From NCBI GenBank assembly GCA_050506795.1, contig JBJHCF010000006.1:89442-153441 (forward strand): a stretch of DNA of 64,000 nt, written 5' to 3'. Each line of letters begins with the position of its first letter. The stretch's first letter is position 1. This DNA is from Opitutia bacterium. Lineage in GTDB: Bacteria; Verrucomicrobiota; Verrucomicrobiia; Opitutales; T3Sed10-336. This document shows, piece after piece, positions 26,420 through 35,595 of the stretch. The position numbers and the translations under genes are program-made. Below the pieces are notes generated by a model. The model was not told where the DNA came from and searched no databases. It saw only the letters and a program-made list of their open reading frames with translations.

Positions 26420-28267
26420 TTATTCCACCGTGACCGATTTCGCCAGGTTGCGCGGCTTGTCCACATCGCAACCCCGCTGCACCGCGATGTGGTAGCTGAG
26501 GAGTTGCACCGGGATGGTGGCCAGGATCGGCTGAATGGCTTCGTGGGAATCCGGAAGCAGAATAAGGTCGTCGACCAGATTGTCCGGAAAGGGGTCGCTC
26601 TCCGACGCGACGGCGATGACCTTGCCGTTGCGGGCCTTGATCTCCTGAATATTGGCCAGAACCTTCTGGAACGTTTCGGCGTGCGGTGCCAGGAAGAATG
26701 ACGGGCACTGTTCGCTGATCAAGGCGATCGGGCCGTGTTTCATTTCCGCGGCGGGATACCCCTCGGCGTGAATGTAGGAAATCTCCTTAAGTTTCAGTGC
26801 GCCTTCGAGAGCGATGGGAAACATAAACTGCCGGCCGAGGAAGAGCATGTCCTCATAATGGGCGTAGCGTGAAGCGATGTCGCGAATGTGATCGTTTTGC
26901 CGCAGGATGCGATTCACCAGTTCGGGAACGCTCTTGAAGGCCTGTACCAGAGCGGTGCCCTCGGAATAACTCATGTCGCGCAGCCGGCCCAGGTAGAGGG
27001 CCACCATGGCGGCCAGGAGCAACTGCGAGGTGAATGCCTTGGTCGAAGCCACGCCGATCTCCGGCCCCACGTGCTGGTAAATGCCCCCGTCGGCCTCGCG
27101 GGCGATGGTGGAACCGACCACGTTGGTGATGGCCAGGGTGCGAAATCCCTTACGCTGGGCCTCCCGCTGGGCGGCCAGGGTGTCGATGGTTTCCCCGGAT
27201 TGGCTGATGATAAAAACCAGGGTGTTCTTTTCCAGCGGGGCGTTTCGGTAGCGGAACTCGGAGGCGTATTCGACCTCCACCGGAATGCGCGCGTAGCGTT
27301 CGATGAGGTATTCCGCCATCAGGCAGGCGTGCCAGGCGGTGCCGCAGGCGCAGAAGAGGAGCCGGTCCACCTGACGCCATTCCTGCGGGGAGAGGTTGAG
27401 TCCACCGAAATTGGCGCTGCTGCCGTCGTCGGAAAACCGGCCCCGCATGGTGTTCTCCAGAGAAACCGGCTGCTCGAAAATCTCCTTCTCCATGAAGTGG
27501 TTGTAAACCCCCACCTCCGCGTCCTCGATCGACCAGTCGATGGTGGAGATGATGGGGGACACGTCCTCCAGGTTGATGGTGGAAATGGAGAAGTTGCTCC
27601 GGTTGATGGCGACGATTTCGTTGTCTTTAAGGTAGACGACGTTCTGGGTGCGGGAAATGACAGCGGAAACATCGCTTGCCAACAGGTGCTCGCCGTCGCC
27701 GATGCCCACGATCAGGGGCGAGCCGCGGCGCGCGCCGATTAACTGGTCGGGATGCTCGGAGCAAATCACGGCGATCCCAAAGGTGCCTTCGATATGTTTC
27801 AGGGTCTTGCGAACGCTTTCCACAAAACGAATTTCGTGGTCGGAGGTCTCCTTTTCGTAGTGGTAGCTGATGAGGTTGACCAGCACCTCGGAATCGGTCT
27901 CCGAAGAGAAAGTGAAGCCCTGTTCGAGGAGAAAACGTTTAATGCTAAGGTGATTTTCGATTACCCCGTTGTGGACCAGCGAGATTTTGCCGTTGCTGCT
28001 GAGGTGGGGGTGGGCGTTGGCGTCGGTGACCCCTCCGTGAGTAGCCCAGCGGGTGTGGCTGATACCGAGCGTTCCGGACAACGTGTGCTTGGAGGCGGCG
28101 GCCGCCAGGTTGTCCACCCTGCCGATCTTCTTGACGGTCTCGAGGCGGCCCCGGTTTTGCACCGCCAGTCCGGCGGAGTCATAACCGCGATATTCCAGCC
28201 GTTTCAACCCCTCCAGCAGGATGCCGGAAGCCTTCTGCTTGCCGATGTAGCCTACGATTCCGCACAT
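26420..28267 (-). CDS. glmS: Glutamine-fructose-6-phosphate transaminase
   Basis: MCGIVG, LEYRGYDSAG, HTRWATHG, SQSGET, PRNLAKSVTVE. Confidence 0.98.
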   Translation of the reverse strand: MCGIVGYIGKQKASGILLEGLKRLEYRGYDSAGLAVQNRGRLETVKKIGRVDNLAAAASKHTLSGTLGISHTRWATHGGVTDANAHPHLSSNGKISLVHNGVIENHLSIKRFLLEQGFTFSSETDSEVLVNLISYHYEKETSDHEIRFVESVRKTLKHIEGTFGIAVICSEHPDQLIGARRGSPLIVGIGDGEHLLASDVSAVISRTQNVVYLKDNEIVAINRSNFSISTINLEDVSPIISTIDWSIEDAEVGVYNHFMEKEIFEQPVSLENTMRGRFSDDGSSANFGGLNLSPQEWRQVDRLLFCACGTAWHACLMAEYLIERYARIPVEVEYASEFRYRNAPLEKNTLVFIISQSGETIDTLAAQREAQRKGFRTLAITNVVGSTIAREADGGIYQHVGPEIGVASTKAFTSQLLLAAMVALYLGRLRDMSYSEGTALVQAFKSVPELVNRILRQNDHIRDIASRYAHYEDMLFLGRQFMFPIALEGALKLKEISYIHAEGYPAAEMKHGPIALISEQCPSFFLAPHAETFQKVLANIQEIKARNGKVIAVASESDPFPDNLVDDLILLPDSHEAIQPILATIPVQLLSYHIAVQRGCDVDKPRNLAKSVTVE

Positions 28268-28432
28268 AGCACTTGTCCTTGAAAATCATTGCCGGCGGAG
28301 TCCCCGCATGAAGCCGTATGCCTCGCTGCGCGGTTCCCTGCAAGAGGAAGGAACCCCGACCATGCGCCATGAATGGCAGGGAGGAAACGGCAATGCAAGA
28401 CTCTTTCCAGGCGCCGCCGCCAGGGCAACTCC

Positions 28433-28498
28433 ATGGGAAAAAGTGGGAAATAGGCTTGACCTGGTGGGGTAAAGTGGGGAGAAGTGGGGCGTTGTGGG
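28433..28498 (+). promoter_or_regulatory. MraZ-binding repeats and dcw promoter
   Basis: (A/G)TGGG boxes at 28433, 28443, 28464, 28474, 28484 and 28494 (10-bp phasing) flanking a TTGACC -35 at 28456. Confidence 0.88.
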
Positions 28499-28525
28499 AT
28501 AAATGGTCCAAATCCAGGCGCGAAA

Positions 28526-28978
28526 ATGATGAACCCAGCCAAGCCGCTTTATGTCGGGTCGTTCCGGCATAATCTGGACGCCAAGAATCGTCTGACGATT
28601 CCGTCCAAATGGCGCTTCGCGGGTGATGATCAGGACGTTTACCTGGCTCTGCCGCATCCCAGTGGCTACATCGCGGTGCTGCCTCCGGCCGAGATCGAGA
28701 GCCTCCAGCAGAAGGTGATGGAAGTGAAACTCAGCGACCGTGACGGGCAGGACTTCATCAACCGTTTTTTTGCCGAGGCCCATTCCCTGGGTTGCGACAA
28801 GCAGGGAAGGATCGGATTGGCCGAGGGGTTGATCCGTCATGCCGGGATCGAGAAGGAGAGCCTCCTGGTGGGGACTATGACGAAGTTCAACATTTGGAGT
28901 CCCGGCCGTTGGGAAGGCCTGAACGAAAGAACGGGCGGGGATACCTTCGGCGATCTCATGCAAAAAATCGGTATTTAA
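28526..28978 (+). CDS. mraZ: Division/cell-wall cluster transcriptional repressor MraZ
   Basis: LDAKNRLTIPSKWR and DKQGRI repeats; first gene of the dcw cluster. Confidence 0.95.
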   Translation: MMNPAKPLYVGSFRHNLDAKNRLTIPSKWRFAGDDQDVYLALPHPSGYIAVLPPAEIESLQQKVMEVKLSDRDGQDFINRFFAEAHSLGCDKQGRIGLAEGLIRHAGIEKESLLVGTMTKFNIWSPGRWEGLNERTGGDTFGDLMQKIGI

Positions 28979-29045
28979 AGGCCGGCCTGAGGAGATCGGG
29001 GTCCGGCGAAACCAACAGAAAACATCCGAATCCAGATCAAACATT

Positions 29046-29255
29046 ATGAAACTCTCCAACATGCTCTTTTCATCCCAGGTCCTGGGTCGCGGTACGGTCC
29101 GCCATTTCTCGGACGGCGATTTTGCCATCCCGGTCGGCTCCCCCGAAGGAGGTTCCTACATCGAGAGTCTGCGCCTGCGCCGTCCTCCCGCCCGACGGCT
29201 GGTGATGGCACGGAAAACGGCCGGGCGCCCCGGTTTTCGGTCGCTGTTCCGCTGA
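29046..29255 (+). CDS. Putative small protein between mraZ and rsmH (69 aa)
   Basis: ATG-initiated ORF after an A-rich leader, occupying much of the 437-bp gap; no recognisable motif. Confidence 0.4.
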   Translation: MKLSNMLFSSQVLGRGTVRHFSDGDFAIPVGSPEGGSYIESLRLRRPPARRLVMARKTAGRPGFRSLFR

Positions 29256-29415
29256 CTCCGGGAGCGGAGCGAATACCGGCCGGTATCAATCTGGGCATGG
29301 AAAGGACGGTAATATGGCTGTCATGGCAAATCTCTTGGCTAGACGCGGTGTCGATCGCTTTTTCCCCACGGTTTCCTGGCTCGTCGCCCATGCGACCCAT
29401 TGGGGGGATCGCGTC

Positions 29416-30351
29416 ATGAACCACGAGCCGGTTCTTTTGGCGGAAACGATCCACCTGCTTGGGCCGCGAGACGGAGGGCGTTACCTGGACGCGACTTTCG
29501 GCGGCGGGGGCCACGCCCGCGCCCTGCTGGAAGCGGCCGACACCAGCGTTCACGCCATCGACCGCGATCCGGAGGCGGAGCGCCGGGCCGAAGGGTTGCG
29601 GGAAAGTTACGGCGAACGGTTCGCCTTTTACCGGGGCAACTTCGATGCGCTCGACGAGGTTTTGCCTCCGGGACATTATGACGGAATCCTTTTCGACCTT
29701 GGGGTCTCGTCCTATCAACTCGATGATTTCGGCCGGGGATTCTCCTTCCGGCAGGATGGTCCGCTCGATATGCGCATGGATCCAGACCAGGAGTGGACCG
29801 CGGCCGACTGGGTCCGCGAAGCGACCCGCGAGCAGTTGGTGGAGGCGGTGCGGGACTTCGGCGAGGAGCGCGAGTGGCGTCGAGTGGTGGAGGCCATAAT
29901 CCGGACCCGCGAAGTCCGTGACCTGGCGACCACCGAAGACCTGGTGCGGGTGGTGGAGTCGGCGAAAACCCGGCCCCCGCGCAAACGCCCTCCCTCCCTG
30001 CATCCGGCGACCTTGACCTTCCAGGGAATCCGGATCGCGGTGAATGATGAACTGGGCGCTATCGCCAGGGCATTGCCGGCCGCGTTCGACCGGCTTTCGC
30101 CGGGCGGGGTGATGGCGGTGATCAGCTTCCATTCGCTCGAAGACCGGTTGGTCAAACGGTTTTTCCGCCGCATGTGCGGCCGACCCGAACACGCCGCCGA
30201 TTCGCTGCCGCAGCAAATGCGCACCTGTTCCGCCGAACCGCTGAATCGCCGTCCCCTGGTTCCGTCCGACCGCGAGATTCAACGCAATCCCCGCAGCCGC
30301 TCCTCCAAGCTGCGGGCGATCAGAAAATTGACTGAAGATGAAAAGTTTTAA
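29416..30351 (+). CDS. rsmH: 16S rRNA m4C1402 methyltransferase
   Basis: HEPVLL, DATFGGGGHA, DLGVSSYQLD, GPLDMRM, ISFHSLEDR, NPRSRSSKLR. Confidence 0.97.
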   Translation: MNHEPVLLAETIHLLGPRDGGRYLDATFGGGGHARALLEAADTSVHAIDRDPEAERRAEGLRESYGERFAFYRGNFDALDEVLPPGHYDGILFDLGVSSYQLDDFGRGFSFRQDGPLDMRMDPDQEWTAADWVREATREQLVEAVRDFGEEREWRRVVEAIIRTREVRDLATTEDLVRVVESAKTRPPRKRPPSLHPATLTFQGIRIAVNDELGAIARALPAAFDRLSPGGVMAVISFHSLEDRLVKRFFRRMCGRPEHAADSLPQQMRTCSAEPLNRRPLVPSDREIQRNPRSRSSKLRAIRKLTEDEKF

Positions 30352-30730
30352 GACCGAATACGCCAGCCGAATAGTCTGCCTGACGTTTGCCCTGATTTTC
30401 CTGGCCGGCGCCACCGGCCTGGCCACCGTATGGATGCGGCAGAGTATCGGCGCCGCCGCTGCCGAGACCCGATCCATGGAGATTCGCCTCAACGAAGTCG
30501 ATCGCGCCCTGTCGCGAATCAATTCGGAAATCGCGGTCAGCCTGAATCCGGGATTTCTCCAGAGTCAGATCGAACGGTTCAACCTGGACCTGCGCCGTCC
30601 CGACGACGAGCAGATCGTGCGGTTGGACGCGCCGCGTTTGCCGGATCGGGACTACGCGGCCGGAGATGGGTCGAATTCCTCCTCCGATCGTATGGCTTTC
30701 CGCCGTGAAGGTTTAATCACCAACCGATGA
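30338..30730 (+). CDS. ftsL: FtsL-like cell division protein
   Basis: Single TM followed by a coiled coil, located between rsmH and ftsI. Confidence 0.7.
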   Translation: MKSFKTEYASRIVCLTFALIFLAGATGLATVWMRQSIGAAAAETRSMEIRLNEVDRALSRINSEIAVSLNPGFLQSQIERFNLDLRRPDDEQIVRLDAPRLPDRDYAAGDGSNSSSDRMAFRREGLITNR

Positions 30731-32511
30731 CGCCGGCACACGTATCATCTTTTCGACTGGGTCTGGTCGGATTCGTCGTTGCCACCTGCTTCTGCGGCAT
30801 CGGCTTCCGCCTCTATCACCTTCAGGTGGTCGAGTCCGACTCGCTGGCCGCCTTCGCCGACGGGCACCGTAAGCAGGTTATCGTGCAAAAGGCGCGCCGC
30901 GGCACCATCACGGACCGCCGGGGCAATCTCCTGGCGGCTGACCGGACGTTCATCGAACTGGGCGTGGATCCCCAGGTGGTGCGGGAGGAGGATCGCGACC
31001 GCTGGCCCGAACTGGCGCGTATTATCGATATGCCCCTGAATCAGTTGGAGCGTCTCATGACCACCCGGGTTAGCGCCGGGAATTCCGGGTACGCGGAAGA
31101 CGTGCGTTTGGTGCGTTGGAGGAAGTTACAGGACGGTCTGGATGAATCCACTTATGAGAAAATCCTGGAGCTCGGCATTCGCGGAGTTTACGGCAACCGG
31201 CATTACCGGAGGGTTTACCCGGGACGGGAACTCGCCGCGCACGTGGTCGGTTTCTCCAATCGGGAGGGCCGGGGGATTATCGGGGTGGAACACGCGATGG
31301 ATTTCTACCTGCGCGGGACTGACGGCTGGCTGGAGTCCGAGCGGGACGGCCGCCGGCGCGAATTGATGCAGTTTCGCAGCCGCGAGGTTCCGGCCACCAA
31401 CGGTTTGAACATCGAGTTGACCCTCGATAACGTGGTGCAGTTCATCGTGGAGCGTGAATTGCGACGGATCGCGGAAACCTTCGACCCCAAAGGCGCCGTC
31501 ATCATCGTGAGCGAACCCGATACCGGGAATATTCTCGGGTTGGGCAGCTATCCTTCCTTCGATCTCAACCACTACAATCTCGTGGATATCGCCCATCACC
31601 GCAACCTGGCGGTGACCGATGTCCTGGAGCCCGGATCGACCTTCAAGATCGTCCCGGTTGCCGCCGCCCTTGAGGAGGGTCTGGTGACTCCGCATCGGAT
31701 TTTCGATTGCGGGGTTTCCGTGGTGGAATACCGGGGCCGGCGTCTGAGCCTGCCGCGGGACCACCGTGACTTCGGCGAACTTTCGGTGGCGGATATCGTG
31801 CGGGTATCCAGCAATCGCGGCGTCGCTTATATGGGAATGATGCTCGGGGAACAGCGGCTGCACGCCTATTCCGCGGCCTTTGGCTTTGGCCAAAGGACCG
31901 GGTTCCCCCTGGCGGGAGAGGTGCGGGGCACGCTGCATCCGGTGCGCAATTGGGATGGATTGACCATTACCCGGCTCCCGATGGGGCACGCTCTGAACGC
32001 GACTCCCTTGCAGATTCACTACGCCACGGCCACCCTGGCCAACGGCGGCGTCCTGATGGAACCGCGGGTGGTCCGGCGGGCGGTGAACGAGAGGGGAGAG
32101 ACCGTGTTCTCCCTTGATCCGGCGGCTCGTCAGCGGGCGGTTTCGATGGAAACGGCATCGCTGTTGTCCGAATTGCTGGTGGCGGCGGCCGCACCCGGAG
32201 GGACCGCGCCGGAGGCTCGGATTCCAGGATATGAAGTGGCCGGGAAGACCGGGACCACGCAGAAAATCATCGATGGACGGTATTCGCGCCAACACCACGT
32301 GGCGTCGTTTTCCGGCTATTTTCCAGCCTCCAATCCCCGCGTGGTCATCACGGTGATCGTCGACGAGCCGAATTCCGCGGGCCCGTCCTACGGCGGGTTG
32401 GTGGCGGCGCCCAGTTTCCGGCGGGTTGGGGTCGAGTTGATCCCCTATCTCGGCATTGAGGCGGTCCGGCCGGATGCGGTTCTGGCTCAGCGGGAAGGAG
32501 GATTTCGATGA
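30727..32511 (+). CDS. ftsI: Class B penicillin-binding protein (FtsI)
   Basis: RRGTITDRRG; STFK (SxxK), SSN (SxN) and KTGT are all intact. Confidence 0.95.
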   Translation: MTPAHVSSFRLGLVGFVVATCFCGIGFRLYHLQVVESDSLAAFADGHRKQVIVQKARRGTITDRRGNLLAADRTFIELGVDPQVVREEDRDRWPELARIIDMPLNQLERLMTTRVSAGNSGYAEDVRLVRWRKLQDGLDESTYEKILELGIRGVYGNRHYRRVYPGRELAAHVVGFSNREGRGIIGVEHAMDFYLRGTDGWLESERDGRRRELMQFRSREVPATNGLNIELTLDNVVQFIVERELRRIAETFDPKGAVIIVSEPDTGNILGLGSYPSFDLNHYNLVDIAHHRNLAVTDVLEPGSTFKIVPVAAALEEGLVTPHRIFDCGVSVVEYRGRRLSLPRDHRDFGELSVADIVRVSSNRGVAYMGMMLGEQRLHAYSAAFGFGQRTGFPLAGEVRGTLHPVRNWDGLTITRLPMGHALNATPLQIHYATATLANGGVLMEPRVVRRAVNERGETVFSLDPAARQRAVSMETASLLSELLVAAAAPGGTAPEARIPGYEVAGKTGTTQKIIDGRYSRQHHVASFSGYFPASNPRVVITVIVDEPNSAGPSYGGLVAAPSFRRVGVELIPYLGIEAVRPDAVLAQREGGFR

Positions 32512-34079
32512 TCAGTTATGTGCCTGTCGTCCGGCGCCGATCTGAGCGTCGTAATTCCGGTGTCCGGCGTGGACAAAACAATGAAGCTCGGAGACATTCC
32601 TTCATGGAGAAACCTCTAAAAACGATCCTGACCGGTTTGGATGTGACCAGCGCGAGCGGGCGACTGGATCGGTCGATCGATTTCCTCGCCACCGACAGCC
32701 GGCGGGCGGGGCCGGGGTGTCTCTTCTTCGCTTTGCCCGGGAAGAAGACCGACGGCAGCTTTTTCATCGAGGAAGCGATCGATCGCGGTGCGGCCGCGGT
32801 GGTGACCGAGCAGCCCCGGCGTCCGCATTCCGGAGTCGCCTTTATCCAGGTGCCGGATGCGCGTGTGGCCATGGCGCAGGTGGCGCGCAGGTTTTTCAAG
32901 TTTCCGGACGAATCCCTCGCCCTGTGCGGCATCCTCGGCGCACGGGGCAAGTCGACCGCGGCCCACCTGCTCAAACATCTGCTGGACGCCGCCGGGGGGA
33001 GGACCGGACTCACCGGCAGTATCGCCTATGACCTGGGATCCCGCACGGTGCCCTCTTTTCTGACCACCCCCGACGCGGTGGAACTGTCCGGCCTCCTGGG
33101 ACAGATGCGCGATGCCGGGGTGCGCGAGGCGGTGATCGAAATAAACGGCATGGGGCTGCGCCAGAAGAGCGTTTTCGGCCTGCGCTGGAAGGCGGGCGTT
33201 TTTCTTAACGGTGCCATGGGCAGGGCATCGGAAGAAGTTCCCACCGAGACCGATTTCAAACTCGCGCGCGAGCTTTTCCAGGGATCTCTCGGAGGCCCGC
33301 CGGAGATTGCGGTCATCTGCTCGGATGATCCCCTGGGCCGGGAATTGATCGCCTCCAATCCGGCGTCGGTCCGTCTGGTGACCTTTGGTTCGACCGAGGG
33401 TGCGGATATTCGGGCGGTTCGGATCGTGCCCGGTCCGGATTCGAGCCGTATCACGCTCGCCTGGCCGGAGGGCGAAACGGAGATTCTACTGCCGCTGACC
33501 GGCGCGACCAACGCCGCCAACTTCCTCGGCGCCGCCGCGGCGGCCTACGCGTTGGGTCGGGATCCCGCCACATTCGCGCACGCCCTGGCCCGGTTCTCCG
33601 GGGTGCCCGGACGAATGGAGCGAGTCGATAACGGGCAGGACTTTCGGGTTTTTGTGGACCACGGACACACCGCCAACCGTTTGCGCGCCACCCTGGCGGC
33701 GCTGCGGGAGGTCACCCAGGGCCGGATCCTGGTGGTTTTTGGTTGCGGGGGGAATCGCGACCGCGCCGTCCGGGCCGAGTTGGTCGAGCGGATCCAGCAA
33801 CAGGCCGATTTTTTCTGGGCCACCGCCGACAATACCCGGGGCGAAAGCCTGGAGCAGATCTTCTCCGATATGAAACCAGGGGTGATCGATCCCGCTCGGA
33901 TCTCGTTTGTCTCCGAGCGCCGGGAGGCAATCCGTCAGGCTTTCGAGGAGGCCGAAGAAGGTGATGCCGTACTGCTTGCCGGCAAGGGAAACGAGTCTTT
34001 CCTTGAGATGGGCGACACTTTGTTGCCCTTTGACGATCGAATGGTGGCGAGGGAACTTCTGTCCCTGCCCAGAACATGA
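32508..34079 (+). CDS. murE: MurE-like Mur ligase with several signature motifs substituted
   Basis: Three-domain MurE layout (DSR..LFFAL, TTP, PGRME, VFGCGGNRD, AGKG) in the murE position, but GILGARGKST, EINGMGLRQKS, LNGAMGRASEE, VDHGHTA and DNTR replace the canonical motifs. Confidence 0.85.
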   Translation: MISYVPVVRRRSERRNSGVRRGQNNEARRHSFMEKPLKTILTGLDVTSASGRLDRSIDFLATDSRRAGPGCLFFALPGKKTDGSFFIEEAIDRGAAAVVTEQPRRPHSGVAFIQVPDARVAMAQVARRFFKFPDESLALCGILGARGKSTAAHLLKHLLDAAGGRTGLTGSIAYDLGSRTVPSFLTTPDAVELSGLLGQMRDAGVREAVIEINGMGLRQKSVFGLRWKAGVFLNGAMGRASEEVPTETDFKLARELFQGSLGGPPEIAVICSDDPLGRELIASNPASVRLVTFGSTEGADIRAVRIVPGPDSSRITLAWPEGETEILLPLTGATNAANFLGAAAAAYALGRDPATFAHALARFSGVPGRMERVDNGQDFRVFVDHGHTANRLRATLAALREVTQGRILVVFGCGGNRDRAVRAELVERIQQQADFFWATADNTRGESLEQIFSDMKPGVIDPARISFVSERREAIRQAFEEAEEGDAVLLAGKGNESFLEMGDTLLPFDDRMVARELLSLPRT

Positions 34080-34122
34080 ACTTTGCGTACATTATTCAAA
34101 CCCGAAGGGAAATAAAAACCTG

Positions 34123-35595
34123 ATGCCCGAATTCAACGCAGCACAATTGGCCGAGTGGTCCGGGGGAACCTGGACCCGCGAGCCGCAGGGACCAATCACC
34201 GGGTTTTCCCACGATTCCAGACGGATAAAGACCGGCGAGATGTTCGTGGCGCTGGCCACATCCTCCCGGGACGGGCATGAATACCTGGAGGACGCCCGCG
34301 AGCATGGCGGGTCCGCCGCCCTGGTCACCCGCGCGGTGCCGGGGTCGCCCCTTCCGCAGTTGGTGGTGGACGATGTGCTGTCCGCGCTGCACCGGATGGC
34401 GACCGGAAATCGCGACCGATTTCGGGGACCGGTGATCGGTGTGACCGGAAGCTGCGGCAAAACCTCCGCCAAAGATCTCTTGGCCGAATTGCTGGCCTTT
34501 ATGGGGCCGGTTCTCCGTACTTCGGGAAATTTCAACAACCACATCGGTGTTCCGCTGACCCTGCTGCAACTGGATCCCGCTTACCATCGCGCCGCGGTGG
34601 TGGAAGCCGGAATCAATGCTCCGGGGGAAATGCGCGTTCTGGCAGGGTTGATTCGCCCGACGCACGGAATGGTCACCAACGTGGCGCCCACTCATCTGGA
34701 AGGATTGAATAACCTCGCCGCGGTGGCCGAGGAGAAGAGTCTGCTTCTGCACGCGGTTCCGCCGGAAGGGGTGGTCGCTTTTCCGGCTACCTGTCTGGCG
34801 TTTCCGGGTTTCTGGCGTTTGCGTTGCCGGTCGCTGGTGACCGAGGACGAATCCGCGACCCCGCCCGCCGCGCAGAGGTTTCTGAGTGGGCTGATGCCCG
34901 AATTTTCCTCCGAGCTGTTGGTGTCGCCGCGCAATCGCGCAACCTTTTTCCGCGAAGGGGAAGGGCGCGCCGCCCATCTCCGGGTGCGTTTTCCTCGCGA
35001 GGGGCGCCTCGTTTCCTTCGAGGCGGGCACCCTGAGTCCGGGAATGGCGGCCAACGCCGTCCTGGCCATGATGCTGGCGCGTGTGCTGGGAGCGGATGAC
35101 CGGGCGCTGGCGATCGGGCTTTCCTGTTGGCAGCCTGACGCCTTGCGCGGCCGGGCCTTTCGGACGGAATCCGGCTTTTATTATCTCGACTGCTATAATT
35201 CCAGTCCCATGGCCCTGGTCGACGCCCTGGAGGCGTTCAACCGTGCCGCGCCCAAGGGAATGGCGCGACTCTACATCCTTGGTTCCATGGCCGAGCTGGG
35301 ACGTTACGCCAACGTCTTTCACCAGGAGACCATGCGATTTCTCAAATTGGAGGAGAACGACTTTGCCTTGCTGATCGGCGATCACGCCGCCGCCATGGGC
35401 GAGGGTCTCGCCCTGGCGGGCAACGATTCCTCGCGGTGGAGCGTGGAGGATTCCTGGGAAAACGTTCGCACGCGTTATGCCACATTTCGCGGAGCGGTGT
35501 TTGTCAAGGGCAGTCGCCGGTATCGTCTGGAACGTCTCTTGGAGGAAACTCCGGCTGCGCCGGGACACTGCTCCGGAAAGGAAGTGGCATGCTGA
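34123..35595 (+). CDS. murF: UDP-MurNAc-peptide:D-Ala-D-Ala ligase MurF
   Basis: GVTGSCGKT, NFNNHIGVPLTL, GEM, HLEG, DCYNSSP, LGSMAELG, VKGSR. Confidence 0.94.
   Translation: MPEFNAAQLAEWSGGTWTREPQGPITGFSHDSRRIKTGEMFVALATSSRDGHEYLEDAREHGGSAALVTRAVPGSPLPQLVVDDVLSALHRMATGNRDRFRGPVIGVTGSCGKTSAKDLLAELLAFMGPVLRTSGNFNNHIGVPLTLLQLDPAYHRAAVVEAGINAPGEMRVLAGLIRPTHGMVTNVAPTHLEGLNNLAAVAEEKSLLLHAVPPEGVVAFPATCLAFPGFWRLRCRSLVTEDESATPPAAQRFLSGLMPEFSSELLVSPRNRATFFREGEGRAAHLRVRFPREGRLVSFEAGTLSPGMAANAVLAMMLARVLGADDRALAIGLSCWQPDALRGRAFRTESGFYYLDCYNSSPMALVDALEAFNRAAPKGMARLYILGSMAELGRYANVFHQETMRFLKLEENDFALLIGDHAAAMGEGLALAGNDSSRWSVEDSWENVRTRYATFRGAVFVKGSRRYRLERLLEETPAAPGHCSGKEVAC

Noticed and set aside
28270..28400. 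glmS ribozyme upstream of glmS
   Set aside because: No AGCGCC..ACT / GACGAGG core; only a generic hairpin is present.
28433..28498. Novel phased repeat
   Set aside because: Explained as canonical MraZ boxes.
32508..34079. Frameshift explanation for the odd MurE motifs
   Set aside because: The substituted motifs stay collinear with the consensus in one frame and are interleaved with conserved ones along the whole protein.
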